Under the pieces are notes generated by a model. It was not told the origin of the DNA. It saw only the letters and a list, made by a program, of their open reading frames with translations, and ran no database searches. Both the position numbers and the translations under genes were made by a program. This document shows, piece after piece, positions 34,571 to 49,140 of a stretch of 64,000 nucleotides of DNA. The DNA is from Lama glama. Its lineage: Eukaryota. Position 1 is the first letter of the stretch, and each line of letters begins with the position of its first letter. The stretch is from NCBI GenBank assembly GCA_028534125.1, contig CM052816.1:43836001-43900000 (forward strand), written 5' to 3'.

Positions 34571-37500
34571 GAAAATAGTTTCTTCCAGTAGCACAAATTG
34601 ACTCTGGCTAGGGGACTTATTGGAATAATACTGGGGGTCTCACTAACTCCCAGCATGGACTAAACCACAGCCCCAGCAGGGAAGGGAGCAGGGGAAGTCT
34701 GGGGAGCTCAGAGGCAGGACTTTGGTTTGTGGTTTCCTATCTGCTTATGTCGCCCTGGCACATCTCAGTCTGTGTCTCTGGATTTTAAACTTTTAGTTTT
34801 CTGGGAAAGAGAAGCTACCCTTGGAATAATCGCCTATCCTGAGTCAATCATGTATTTTTTGGAGGAAGAGCCCAGTTTTATGGTCAGGAATCAAGAAACC
34901 ATTTTTGGAAAGGGATAACCATTGTGACTCATGCACCTGCCCTGAAGAAGGGTGTACTTTGCCCTTAAAATGGATAACTTGAGGATTAGAAAAAAACGTA
35001 AAGAAGTTTAGTGGTAAATATATAGTGAGGATAAGGACTTTTATCCACCAGAATTCTGGGAAGCTGCTCTCAGAGCTGAGAGAGATGAGAGTTATGGATC
35101 AGGTATAATTCCTGAAGACATGACAGAGAAAGTCACATATAGGAGCAGGGGGACTTTTGGAGAGGTAGGGTATGAGCCGCAGAGGTCTAAAGGAGGAAAC
35201 CGAAGAGAGAGCAATCCGATGCTAAGTGGTTAGCGTGGAAAGAGGGACGGGGAGGGGAGGACGGGAGAGATGAAGGGAGATGGGGGAGAGACACTGACAT
35301 TTGTCTAGTGAATGAGATGTCGGGGAGAGAAAAGATCTCAACGAGCTTGCGGAACATTTGCAGGGGGAGGACCACATAAATACCTGTACCCTCCACTCAA
35401 AGAAAGCAGAACAAACATCAACCTTATTTTTTCAAGATTTTGTTCTTGGTTTGGATGAGCCAAAACAAGTCTCAACAAGGCAGCCCATAATTATTCCCAC
35501 TGAAATACCCATGATGTAACCCACACTGGCTACAATATTGTAGACTCAGTATTGCTTTTGGAAATCTTTCCCGTTCTCTACACGAAAAGAGGAACAGAGT
35601 TATATCCAAATGCACTAATTCGACTCATAGCAAAATAGAAACTTTAGAAACTCAGGTTCTAGCCTCTGTTTCCCCAGTTAATAGGTCTATAAACTTGAAT
35701 TTCTAATCCTCGCTTTTCTGACTCATCAAATGTAGTCATTGGATGTGTACCTCAAGTAAGTGGACAGGTACAAATGTGTGAGGTACAAAAGCAACGTGTG
35801 AGTCCAGCGTGAAGTTATTCATGGCTAGTTGCTCATATGGTCTTGTTCACTGTGAAGCCTAGAATCCTAGACAGCTAGAGCTGGAGTAAAGCAAATGCTA
35901 GTAAATATTACTGGTAAAGGGATGTTATCCGTCCTAGACCTTGACACTCCTCCCCTGTATTATTTTTCCTGGAAGATCACAAAGGCCACTCCTGTCTGTT
36001 TTCTCTGGCTCCCCGAGCACATTCAGATTGCCTGGAGTTCCTCCCTGGTGCCTCTAGAACGTGACACAGCCTCCCAGTTCTCTTCCTCCATGACCCTGAA
36101 ACTAATGCACAGACCTCTTTGTTATTAGGGTTTTCCTAGTAAGGGCTGCCTGGAAATAAACACCAAATCAAAAACTACACAAATTAGAGAAGTTGCCAGT
36201 TCTCAAGAGACATCAATATATTTTTGGTGTACCTGACCCTGGACTACATGGAAGTGTATGTGTGGCTGGCCTTTCACAATGGCTCAATATCTCCTCCCTA
36301 AGCTCATAAGGTCTAGGAGATGGTGTGTTTTATTCTTTTATCCTGGAGAGGACCGCCTAAGATCAAGATCAAAATTCTCCAGTTCTGGTATAGAGGACTC
36401 GGTCTGAGGAACCTGCTGTCACCCTTTCCCTGTCCATGGGGTAGAACCCTCTCATTCTGGATGCTGATCTGAAAACCCTAGGAGGACAAACTAAAGCATC
36501 CCAGGGCACTCAGCATCAAGCAGATCATTTATAAAATAAGAAAACTCTTGACAATATCTACAATTTTAATATCTCCCTGCTTCTCACAGAAAAAAAAAAA
36601 AACAACACCTTAGGTCATTTTTGACAGATATAATTTGGTTCCCCTCTGTACACTGGATGAAGAGGGACATGTGTGAGTTAGATTTTACTGCACTCTGCGT
36701 TACAAACAGATTATAGTTCTCCATAAACTTAACTCATAAAATAACATTCAATATAAGTTATTTCTTTCCAGAGAGATTCCCATGGAATGCCTGTAGTTTA
36801 AAAATAGTTCTCATTGTTTATTGAACTACTTAAAAGAAATCAAAAGTGATTATGCTTATGTTTTCTTAAAGAAGAAAAAAGTTAGATTTTAATCTATTCA
36901 TGTTCCCTCTATGAGAATATGTTCCAGCTGAGAAACGGGACCAAACAGGAAATACTTTATGATTTTTTATGGGAAAGGGGACCATAACCATCACTTCTGT
37001 TTAGTTTATAATTTTTCAAGTGTTGCCAGCCTTTCATCCCCTCCTGATGGGGCACTTCTTAACTTTCATCATACACAGTTATACAAATGGGTATTAACAG
37101 AGGAAAAATTACATGAATTATTTAGGAAAGCCAAGTGCTTTAAGCATTACTGTGAAAAATAATGTTATTCTTATCATCATTTGTGTAAAAAAGCCAACAT
37201 TTATTTACTCTCGGTAAAAATAAAGTACGTTCTTATGCTAGTTATTGAAAAGAGTTTCATACCTAGATGATAATATGTTGTATGTGTTATATTTAGTGAA
37301 TAAAGTAATTTTTCTGAGAATATTATCTAAACGTATGTGAGTGGTATCTAAAGATTATCTGTTTAATTTCTTCATAGAAACTCCTTTCATATAACATAAA
37401 TCATCTGAACCTCAATCATTAAAGTGATTTTAAAGAGTAAAGTTCTATGCCAGTCCACAGTGTTATTATTACTTCTATGGTTTATTTATACCCCTGTACA

Positions 37501-40389
37501 CTGCATTCTGCATTTCATGTATTCTTTTATTTGAGAAAATCTTTGACAACACAATGAACTTTCCAAAGGCCACAAATGATGCTGTTCACAAGCACTCTGA
37601 GAGAATCATTTAGAATTTTTGAATAATAGAAAATGAAATCAATCTCTATTTGTGCAAGTTCCTAGTATGTTATGAATGCAATGTGATCTTGGTATTTGCT
37701 TATCAAAGGAATGCACTAAAATATTGCAGAAAAGGCCATAGGGCATGACGGACTCCATTTTATTACTTCACTTGCCTTAGACTATTAATTCCACATTCCT
37801 CTCTCTTCTGTTGGTCTTATTAATGGTTTTTAACAATGAGATAAAAGCCTTCAGTCTAGTGTTTAGCAAAAAAATTGTAGAATTTCAACATGAATGCAGC
37901 TTCATTTTATGGAAGATAATGCGGTTAGTGAATAGTCTGCATTATGATGTTTTCACATCTTATTAGGAAAGTGTAACTCAGTGAATAGTTTTCTTACTTA
38001 CGTACTCTTCTCATGGAAAATTAATTCAGCAGATATTGATTGAATTCCCGTGTATACTTCTGAGACAGTCCTTCAAGAGGACTTTTTCTAGTCTTTTCTT
38101 TTGTTTCTTGTCTTCTGTTTTTATATTACTGTGCTTAATTTAAATTTCCAGTAAGGAGGACCAAGTTGGCCAAAGTTAAATGAAGAAGTATAATGAGGTG
38201 GTATGAGGAAAATTGTGGAAGCAGCAGCTAAAATTCCTATCTTTTAGAGGTGAGATAGGTCCATGGATTTGACCCCCAAGACTGCGCTCGTTAGGGGAAA
38301 AGTAATGCCCCAAAGTAACGTGGAGTATGGAAAGCAAAGGGGGCTAGGTAATGGTCTCTAAGGTCAGGAAGCCTACATAGAGTGGGCGGGAATTTAGCGG
38401 AGCCTTGAACGAAGTGTGGGTTCCAGCTGGATCTTGAAAGGGAACCAAAAGCATTTGAAGAATGAATCAATTTGAATTACTGATAGTCAGTTGTTAATTT
38501 TCTTACAATCTATTGAGAGAGGTAGCCACGAATCAAACAATCACAGAGACAAGAGCATTACAAACTGAAAAGTGTGTTTAGGTCTCATAAGTGAAGCTGC
38601 TTTGTAGTATGAGTCTTGGTAAAGATTCCTAGTTTATTTTCACCTGAATCTCACTTGGTCATTATTAGCCTCATTGTGAAATATTAACATATTGTACAAC
38701 TTTTCACCTGCTTCCCAGAGGCATTGATAACTATTGTGAGTTTTATGAATAAACCTGCTGCCCTCAGAGGGATGTTCCAAACACTGTAATAAGGGATGTG
38801 AGAAAATGATTTTACCCAATCATTTCTCAACTAAAGTCTTAATTGTGCCCTTTACTTGTTATGTGACCTCAAGCAAATGTTCTAAATACTCTGACTCTTT
38901 CAATTCCACACATGAATATGTAACACTTATATCACTGATTATTCTATATATTTACTGAATGTAATAGATTAAAATTGTTTATAGAATTTAAAAATGTAAC
39001 AATTTCAAAATTCGATGCCATTTTCTAGGGGAAAAAATAACCAGCCAGTTCAACATGAAATACACGTGCACAGTACAAGAATGAGGCTGAAGGGTTAATG
39101 TCTTGAAAAAACAGCTTTCAATCATCATCTTTTAAAACTAAAATTATATTCTTAGAACTTTGTATATCTGCTGTCACTACTCTTCCCAGCATATTGTGGG
39201 TCAATGAAAAGATAATTCATTTTCTATCATCAATAAAATCATATTTCCTAGTTTTAAAAAATAGAACAAATATATAGTTCTTTCTCAAATTTCTGCACCA
39301 AAGAAGCAATGATGTGAACACTCTAAAAGAGCAGGTAATATAAGCAGTGCTTATATCACTGGCTTAACAAGCCTTGTTTTGAGGGCCATTTTCATTCAGA
39401 TATTTCTGATCTTCAGGGAATTTAGTCAGAACCAGCCTTGCATAAGTTGGCTCAGTAGCTGATAGCTTGGTTATGTGATATGATTGATGGGACAAAGCCT
39501 TAAGTATCTCTTTAGTGTCCAAAGTACCTGAAAATCTTGGCCAACTCATTGAAGGAGCTGGTTAAGAATTAAAAGCTTGCCTGGGAAGAGCAGAAAGTTA
39601 ATTCACTAATGCCCAGGAACATGTGTGTCCTCCCCCTTCCTGGATCCACCTCCATTTTCCTTTGCTCTTCTCTCCGAAAGACCTCCTTCAATCTTCCCCA
39701 AATATTCCTGTAATTACCAGCCTTCCCTTTCTTCCTGTTGTGGAATTGACTTCCCTTTTCTCTCCACTTTTTCAATTCTGTATCAGCCTTTAAGGCCCAG
39801 TTTAAATTCTGTCTTCTGGTAAGACCATCATTATTAACTCACGTAGAAAGGCCTTGTGCTTTCTCTGAACACTTAGGAGCTTCGTGGTCTCTGTGACTCA
39901 TATGGTATTTAATCATTTGGTTTTGCCTTGTGACATCCAATCTATTATATGTTAAGCTTTTTATTTTTAATGTTCTTTTTCCTTTTTCTTTTTTTCCTTC
40001 CATTTTTTTCTTGTTCAATTCATTCTCACATAGCTTCCACAAGAATCCTTCCAAACGTCACTCTCTTATTTAAAACCCATTATACAACCAATTAGGTCTA
40101 AATTCCTATATTGACTGAGGAAGCCACATGAGTGTTCTTTCAAATCACATAGCACTTTACCTTCAAGTTACATTCCTACTTTCCAGGACAATTGCCAATT
40201 TTTGCCTAGAATTCTCTCTTGCCTATCTCTACATGGTTGGTTCCTTCTCATTCCTTAGCTCACCATCCATACGTTACCTCCTCCACAGTCCTGCTCTGAC
40301 AATACTATCAAAATAGGATCTCTCTGGGTTCTCTATTTTAGGACCTTATTGCTTACTTTCATATCTATTCTGATATTTTCCTTATCTCT

Positions 40390-40580
40390 CATAAGCTACT
40401 CTCCACCCTTCTCCACTCTGCCTCTGCCCTGGAGACTTGTCCTCTGAATTGCATCAGTGAACTCCTGCCCTCTGGATTCAGACTGGGTTTAGCCAGTGAG
40501 AGAGGAGATTCGGTAGGAGGAGTAAGAGCTACGTATTTATTCCTCTGGTTCCCTCTCTACCAGGTCATCCTGAAAACCAG
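40390..40580. mobile_element. LTR33-like ERVL LTR fragment
   Basis: CTCTCCACCCTTCTCCACTCTGC...CTGCCCTCTGGATTCAGACTGGGTTTAGCCAGTGAG...GTATTTATTCCTCTGGTTCCCTC. Confidence 0.75.
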
Positions 40581-41729
40581 GCTGTTTTCTTATTAAGTAG
40601 ATGTTGTATATTTCCATTTTGTAGATGAAGAAACAACTCAGAATGGTTAAGAGACTTACACAATTACATAGTTTTAAGTAGTAGTGGCAGGATTTATATT
40701 TAAGCGTTTTCTCTACATCACCCTGCCTCATTTAACAACTGAAACAATTGCAGTTGAAGTTCTCAGACCAGATGAAAGAACTCGTCTGAGCTTCACTTCT
40801 CTACCTCTTTGCCTTCAAAAGCACTGTCTCTTTGACGTAAGTACACAACAGAAGGTTGGAGGAAAAGTCACTATAGAATTCCTGCAGAATTTGTTACTAA
40901 ATGTGTTCAAAATCATCAAGACATGTGGCAAATAACCAAAAGTGACTTTTTAAAAAATACAGCAATTAACCATCTTGAAATACATCCTGAAGATAAGTAT
41001 AATAGAACACCATTATTATAACTTACTCTTAAGAATGACTTGAACTTAATATTTAGGTTAAGTTAAAAAATTACTAAAGGTCTTAGTATTGAGCTACATA
41101 TATTGTTTATCATGAGATTGGCCGAACTCAATGAGAGAATATTTTTGAAATCATCATGTGACAAAACCCTTTAACAGTAATATTTCTATATTGTATTTTG
41201 TTAACTGGAAAAAAATTACTGTTTTGACTTTATTAATTGAGAGAACAATTCTAAAAACTAGTATGTAAATTCAGGGAGAATGCAAAATCCATACAGGTTT
41301 TAAATCTTGGTCTTGTGGGGGGATAATTGTTTAGGCCTGGAAACTTCGAATGTTCTATGTTTTGCTAAAACACTACACGCCCATTACCTCTACTCTTTTT
41401 TCAAAATTGAAGAGCTGTAAGGAAAGGCTCTCATTCTCTTAAGAAGATCCGTTAATCTCCTCAAACATGGAAAAGGCATAAAACATGAAGGGTGGGAATG
41501 AACCATAATGTAGATACAGATAAATATGGCGACAGCTGTAGCTGAATAGTTACAGAATTGGCTTGAGAAATGAAACCTCTGTAGTACACACACACACGCA
41601 CACATGCACACACACACACACCCATTGGATTTATTTATGAAACAGCGTCTTCTAAACATAGAACCTTGCATTGCAGAAAAGGCAATTAAATAGAACAGCA
41701 TGAGGTTGTCAATCACTTCAACAACTAAC

Positions 41730-41808
41730 AAAAGCATCTACTATCAAAGCAAATAATGTAAATGTGCTAAAAGGTATCTTGCTATCAAAGCAAATAATGT
41801 AAACATGC
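41730..41808. repeat. Local ~41-bp tandem duplication
   Basis: Identical 22-mer CTATCAAAGCAAATAATGTAAA at 41741-41762 and 41782-41803, with similar flanks. Confidence 0.9.
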
Positions 41809-44800
41809 AAAAGCAAAGAATTCTCTGTATCAAATGTCACCTTTTTAATGTTTACCATTTTTGTGTATGTTTTGTATATGCTTGATCCTAGTATATCAGT
41901 TATTCTGAAATTTGAAACAGAATTGTCCATTATCATTTCTTAGAGGATCTGGTCATCATATGAAGCTTTTGAAAGAGGTTGGGACTTTCCTTTTCCTTCT
42001 TTCCTTCCTTTTTTTTTTTTCGGTTGCTAGTGTTGTACAAATAAATGGACAGTCACAGCTTATCATCGCTTAAAGATGCATGTGCATGCTGCAGTTTACT
42101 GAAACATGATTGGCTGCTACATAAATCAATCTGATAGAGATCGGTTCCATGAAGAAGAGATAAATCATTAGCCAGAGCTTTTGGAATGTAATTCATTTTA
42201 GATAGTGATTATTGATGATTTAATTTTAGCAGTACATGTACATGTCTAAACCATGATTTTATATAAAATGTTAATGCAGAAGAATATATTTATTTTCAAA
42301 GTGAGTACAAAGAAACCAATTAGAAGTTTACATGTGAAACATGTTAATGAAATAGCAATGTTGTTGAGAAGTCCAAAGTTACATTTACTAAATAAGTTAG
42401 AATGTAGCCTTATTTCTCAGGAGAATTCTTACATATTTTCTTTAGAAAGCAGCACAAAGAAGTGGCCCAAACTTCATTTGACTTATCACTCCTGGGTGAC
42501 TGAAGCTCAGGAACATTCTGGATATACATCTGCGGCATCTTGGTCTCTGTCTCTGCTGTTCTTGGTACCCTTAGACTCCCCCACTTCTATTCATTTTACT
42601 TCAATAGCATTTAGTGGGAGTTCTCATGAGGAGAGATCTGGTGTTCTGAAATGCAGTGTTGGTTTTCTATCGTGTGGGTAAGTAGCAAATTAGGGACACG
42701 TGTTTAGTGGCGCTGACATCGGTAACTCCGAGTGGCAGTGGCATAAAATGCAGAAAGACATGTTGAGAGGTAGGCTAGCTGGATGGTGCCCAGGACCCCA
42801 GTCTGTAAGGGACACTAGGACATCATTGGGAAACTGATAAGATAGAAACTGAATGAAATTTATTAGAAAATTTCCAAGGAAATTTATATACATCGTTGGG
42901 AAAAATACTTTGAAAGGCTACTTGGAGCAGGAATGAGCTGGTCAAATAACAATAGCTGGTCACTAAAATACCTTTTCAGAAGTATCTTTGATTTACCGCA
43001 TGAAGTATTCGGGTTTGGGTCAGAGGTGAAAGCTGCCGCCAACAGGAGTCTTCCTCCTTTCCCTCATGGGGTCCTGCTTTGAATAAATGTGAACAAATAC
43101 TTTAACTATCCTCGTTTGCAGGGACACAAAATTACTGCCCTGCCCAAGTGCCTGATTTAAGTCCCTGAAAAAAGGGCAGGTGAAACACGATGGCAGACCT
43201 CAGGGAAACTTATTTCGCATCTCTGGTTTTTGTCCCTGGCTAGCTCAGAGTTAGCATTCCTGGGTTTTTCTAATCAATCTCTCTCAGCTTTAACAGGGAA
43301 CTCCATCTCACTGAGGAGATACAGTGTATTAAAAATTCTAGTTTGAGATCAGTTTTGCAGTTTCCTTTTCCATCTCCTGCCTCTCCGTATACTGTCCCTT
43401 GAGTCTTGGTCTGGTCTTGGCTTTTGCCCCAGAAGTGGCTTTTGCCCTAAAAGTTCCTCAGTCTACACTGCCTAAGGTCAAAACCGAGGAACTGCCAGCC
43501 TCTAGAGCCCACTTCTTGCCTTAGTCTTTTAGACTTGACACCCTGCTATCCAGGTATTTCCCTTGACTCTGAGCGATCCCAAGACACTAGGACCTCTTCT
43601 TAAATCACCCTGGGGGCTTCATTTTAGTCACTAACTCCCCACTGGAACAGGGTACCTCGTTGGATGCCAATATTTGTATGAAAATAATGCCTAGTATCCA
43701 GAAACATCTTGCCTTTTAAATCACACAGCCCCCTCCCCCACTTCTGCACCTTGATTAAAATAAGATGAAGCATAGATTTTATTCTGATGAGAAAGTTGGA
43801 GACATTGGAAAGAAAAGCTGGCATGTATGTTAATATAAAGGGTTATAGTCTTTGCAGATCACATCAGGTTTCCTCTTAGGAGAATGAATTGTCCCCTCTG
43901 TGACAGGATGTGAGGGTCTTGATTCTGGGTGAGGGAGAAGCAGCTGGCCAGTGCAGGACAAAATGGAAGGGAGTGTGCACGCATGTGTGTGTGCACGTGT
44001 GTAAAGGAGAGAGACATTTAGTAGGAAGCCCTGTGGAGGTGTGCACATTCTGAGAGGAGACATACAAATCTCGTATCCTGTCCTATATTTCTTGTCTTTT
44101 TCTCTCCACTCTCTCTCAGCCTTCAGCAAAGTTTTGTCAAATACCCCAGCCTGCTATCTGTGCTGTAGGGAGTCATGAGACAGGCCCATGTCCCCACTTA
44201 GCATAGAATGGTATGAAGGAGCAGGACCAGCTTTCAGAAGTCAGACTCAGGCAGTAAGAGGTCACTGGCAGAAGGGTGTGACGGCAGACAGAGGCCCATG
44301 GCTGGCTGAGGGGGAAAGTGACAAGCAGCACATGTCCTGGAACGCATAAGCAACGTCTGGGATTCTCAGAGTCACTAGGGCGCAGGAAATTGCTTAGAGA
44401 CCCAAGGCCCTGAGGGTGGGGTCTCAGACTATTGTTGTACAGTCATTAAAGGGAAGGGCGACCCCTGGAGGCCAGAGCAGCCTACAGCGCCGGCTTACTT
44501 TCCTCACCAATTCTTCCAAGATGCATTCCACGGTAAATAATAAAAAGGCCCACCCCTCCCGAAGTGCCAGCTAAGCGTTTTGAAAAAAGCATTATTTTAT
44601 TAGACCATCTTATTGAATTAATGTACAGTTAGAGCTAAAGGCATAAATGCAGACTTAGCAGTGTTTCTCCTCCCAGGCACCACTTGCTCCTTGATGCTCC
44701 TGAGCTGGAGATTCAAGCATCCTTACTCTTACTGAGCAGACCACAAAGGATTCCCAGTGGCACGAGTGTCCTCTCACCCCCTCTCCAACCCTCATCCACC

Positions 44801-47776
44801 ACCGAAATGATGTCCATTTGCTAATGGAGTGCATTCTGAACTAGCCATGCATTTGCCAGAGTTAAATGTCTTCTCACAGTCTAGCGAGTAAGCTTCCTCT
44901 TAATGAGATTTGAAGGCATCACATACTTTGGCATCACTGTCCAGACTACGGGAGGGGAATTCTGTGTGCACTGGAGACAGGTTCTGTGCTGAAACTGCAC
45001 AGCTAGAAAGCGATGTTTTCAGCTTGATCCCATGGCTGTTGGGATCTGAGGTGTCCATGCTGAAGCCGAGACGTTTGCAGTCACTCTGGTGAACGGAGTA
45101 CCATATCCTGGCCTGGTGGGTTATCCCTGAACCTTCGACAAATATGTTAGTCTCTTTTCAAATAACATTTCCAATTTCACCAGTTCAGAAAAGATTTTTG
45201 TCTCCTTAAACACAAGTTATGGTCCCCAACTGCCTTACAACTCACACGTTGATCAAAAGGATATTTGTTCTATGGCTTGACTACTGAAAAAGTCTGCCTC
45301 CTCTCCTTATCACAATTAATAAATAATATAACGTGTTGGAGACACTTTCTGAAGGACAAAAAACTGCAAGAATTATTTGACTAGTTTTTGATTCACTTTG
45401 GCAAGCACATCCTACTGACAAGAAACAAATACTGAGATCATTGAGATTACTTTAAATCTGTAATTTTATTTTAAAATTTTTGGTCAGTGCAGCTACTTAG
45501 GCATGAAATTCTAAGGGAGTGATGACTGTTCCCAGAGTTCAAAAATCAGAGCAGGAAGTTGGCATTTATGGTGATCTGACTTTATGGGACTCTCTGTGAA
45601 TGCTACAAACTTTCTCCAAGTGATGTTTTACAGAATTGCTTTTAAAAACCCCAGAGGGTAAATAGTATTCTCAGAATAAACAGAAAAATGCTGACCTTGT
45701 CAGATTTAGCTGCTGAAAGCCAAGCTGTTTTAAGATGTGGAGGATCAAGGGTCATGGTTATAAACAAGGCAGATTTAAAAAAAAAAAAGGAAAAAAGTAA
45801 GAAATCTAGAGGGGAAAAAAAAAGTACAGTGAGTTGCACCATGAATATAAGTAATAAATACATTGACCTTGACAAGAAGGGAATGAGATATTTATGTAAA
45901 AATATAAAATAAAACTAAGATAAAAATACAACCAGAAAAACAACAACAACAACAAAAAAACCCCAAAACCCTGAGGCCCAAAACTACTTGAGAAAATGTT
46001 TCTTCGAGCATATTTAAAGCCGGAAATGAGTCACTTTAACTTCATCTGTTTTGGGTTTCAGAAGGGGAGAAAGGTCAAAGCTTCTTTGTTTTAAGTAAGC
46101 TGGTCACTCTTTCTGAAGTGTAACATGATAGGGTTCAGGAGCCTTAATGAAACAGGCATTTCCCAGACACCCAGAGCTGTGGGAGAGCCCTGGGTTGAGG
46201 CAGGCCAAGAACTGGGCTTCAAAAAGGTGCCTTAAACAGAGGGCAAGGCAGAACATGACCTTTCGTGACTTTCATATCTGGGTTGGTATTTCTGTAGCCA
46301 CCTCTAAGGACAATCGAAAACAGCAGTCAGCCTCTCCTCTCTATACTTGCCTCCCTTACCACGCACTGTAGTCCCACGACCAGACCATTACAGTCCACTT
46401 GTACCCAGACACTAGCTACAGATCTGATAGGGATCTCTCTCTGTTGCCTTGATACAGAGATGTTTTCTGTTAAGCCTCGACACATGCAAGAAATAAGTTA
46501 GGAAATAATTTTCATTGCTGAGAACACAAGCGCTAACTTCCAAGAACTTCTCCGGTCCTTAAGCCTACTGAGTTCAGCGGTCTTCCAGTGGGAATGTTAA
46601 AGTGTAATGTGTCTAAAAAAAAGTAGTGAGGCTGAAGCTGACTGAGGAGATGGATTTTAGGAAGGAAGCCCAGCCCCTAATCTGAGCCTGGGAGGCCCAA
46701 GCAAACTGCCTTCTTCAGCAGGATGGAGAATATATCTTTTTCCATGTCTTCATGGGATTTGTCAAGGCGAGGAGGTCTTGATGGTGGGGAAGAGGGAGTT
46801 GTGGAGGCAAGAAAGGAAGTAAGAAAACGCAGTCAGAGACTGAGGTTTCCCGTAGCCTCTCCTGTTGGTAGCCGGCCTCCCCTTCGCTGTCCTCCTCTGC
46901 TCCATCTGGAACGTGCTACCCCACATACACCTCTGGACTGTGGACTGGTTGTTCCTGACCTGGACCCGGCAGCCTCTTTCAGGCCTGCTCTCTTCCTGAC
47001 CTTGCTTCCCACGAGCAATATATTCACTCTGGGTCACCACGACCGTGCCTGTCACCATTTTGCTTAATGGTTGGGGTTTCATGTTTTTGACCTTGGGTTG
47101 AACCCAGTAATGAATAACTTCTCTATACTGGCTCAGCAGCTGAATTATCAGTGCCTTTCCCTGACAATATGCATGTTTTCAATGATGAGAAGTGCAGCCT
47201 CCCAGGAAGGAGAGTGATATGTACACAGGCCAGGCTTAGTAGGAGGTTCTGCGTTTGTAGCCGTTCCAGCATAGACGCCAGTGCACAGAAGTGCTCCAAA
47301 GTGGTGTTTGGTGTAAGGATAGATTCCATCTAAAATCCTGGGTGACCTTCCCCTCCGTCCATTTAAGAAGGCAGAGAAATATTTCCCAATCCCTACATGC
47401 AACACTGTATGGTGTATCAAGATTATTATCTTGATATATATTATCTCAGTGAATTCACCATAACCTCGGGAACTTAGCAGAGAAGTGATTATTCTCCAAA
47501 GTTATGTCACTATCAAGTGTCAGATCTGGAACAAAAATCCATGTCCTGTTGTCTCCAATAGCAGCCCTGTTTCTAGCACTCTGCTGGTCTCCCATGGTTA
47601 TTATAACAATAGTAAACCACAGTTGCAGAGTTTTAGAGCTGTATTAAACTTTTAACTATTATCTCATTTAATATTAATGTTATTATTATTATTAAAAAGA
47701 CGAAATATGGCCCTGAAGAAAAGGAGTGGCTTGCATGCTATCATTGGTAGAAAGCACCATATTTCTGACTTCAGAT

Positions 47777-47778
<2 letters not shown>

Positions 47779-47815
<37 letters not shown>

Positions 47816-47816
47816 A
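47779..47816. repeat. (CA)n microsatellite
   Basis: (CA)16 followed by TACACA. Confidence 0.95.
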
Positions 47817-48139
47817 TGAGAGACAGAAAGAAGATTAAGACAGAAACTAACAAGGCTTGGGTGACAGCAATAAGGGAATGTTCAATATGATCACAGTTTC
47901 ATGGTAGTAAAATTCAGTAAGGCTAGATTCTGATAGGATAAACTTCAAAATAATTAGTTTGATTTTTTTCTTAACTATAGAAATTTTGAACAAGTTTAAA
48001 GTCAATATTTAGAAGAAATTCATAGCTTATGTTGTTTTTATTTATTGAACATCTCCTGATTTATAAGCCACTGTTGGTGACGTAAATATGACCAGCACAT
48101 TGTCTATACTCTCAAAGGACTCTTTGTGTCAGAGAAAAT

Positions 48140-48646
48140 TGTGACAGTTTTAAACCATGGCTGCAAACTGACATTCCTCCCATTAAAAGGTGGGATCTAT
48201 GTCCTTTCCCTGTGAATCTGGGTAGGCTTGTGACTTCTTCAACCAATGGTGGTGATGCTACATGACTTCTTAGGCATGTAAGATCATCTCTTGGTGACCT
48301 GAACTGACGTGTACAAAGTCTAACAATTACCACGAGCCTGCCATGCTGGATAGAGAATGTGCATATGCCCCATGGAGACACTAGCCCTCCGCTTGAGCCC
48401 AATCTTCCTGCCAGCTCCCCCAAGACACCAGAATATGAGTCAAATCCTCTTTGACCCTCCATACCAGTCCAGCTACGAGCCAAACACCACCAATTACTCT
48501 GTCAATGCCCTGTGAAATAGAAGAACCACCTGGTCAACCCCTGTCCAAATTCCTGATGCACAAAAACCATGAGACACAATAAGATGGTGGTTGTTTTCAG
48601 CTACTGAGTTTGGGGGTTTGTTATATAGCAACAAATAACTAGGACA
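48140..48646 (+). mobile_element. Near-complete MaLR solo LTR (MLT1G/H-like)
   Basis: TG...CA ends; CATTCCTCCCATTAAAAGGTGGGATCTATGTCC...CTGCCATGCTGG...TGGTTGTTTTCAGCTACTGAGTTTGGGGGTTTGTTATATAGCAACAAATAACTAGGACA. Confidence 0.85.
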
Positions 48647-48919
48647 AGGATATAATAAATAAAATGTTAAGGAATTCAGAAACCATAGGAGGCATTATCC
48701 TTATCTCTAGGAATTCATAATTCAGCTGGGCGAAAGGGTAAGAATCATTCATGAAGCAATTAGGGAGATCAGTAAAAGCCAGAAAAGTCAAGGAAGTCTT
48801 AGGAAAAAGTTGAAATTGAAACAGAGCTTAGAGAGACAGCATAACTCAGTGAGGAGGCAATTCGGGAGAAAGCAACATGAAATTTAATGAGCATCAGAAC
48901 TGGAATTAGAAATGGTAAT

Positions 48920-49140
48920 GACAACTACTGTTTACTTAGTGCTTATTATGAGCCAAGAACTCTACAAAGTCCTTTATATATGATTTCATTTATCTTTTAA
49001 TGAACTTTCAAGATGTGCATTATTATGCCTTTTGTACCTGGGAGGAAATAAAACAGGTAGCCCGTGGCAGGACCAGGGCCGCAGTGGATGATGTTAGATT
49101 CTGAAGTCTGTGATTTTAACCCTCATTTCTACACTGCTCC
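48920..49140 (-). mobile_element. MIR SINE
   Basis: TTTACTTAGTGCTTATTATGAGCCAAGAACTCTACAAAGTCCTTTATATATGATTTCATTTATC. Confidence 0.75.

Noticed and set aside
41741..41803. Direct repeat with spacer as a CRISPR-like array
   Set aside because: Only two copies, flanks are also similar (tandem duplication), mammalian DNA, and no cas genes.
42253..42681. 142-aa ATG ORF
   Set aside because: AT-rich, no homology I recognise and no nearby promoter or splice support.
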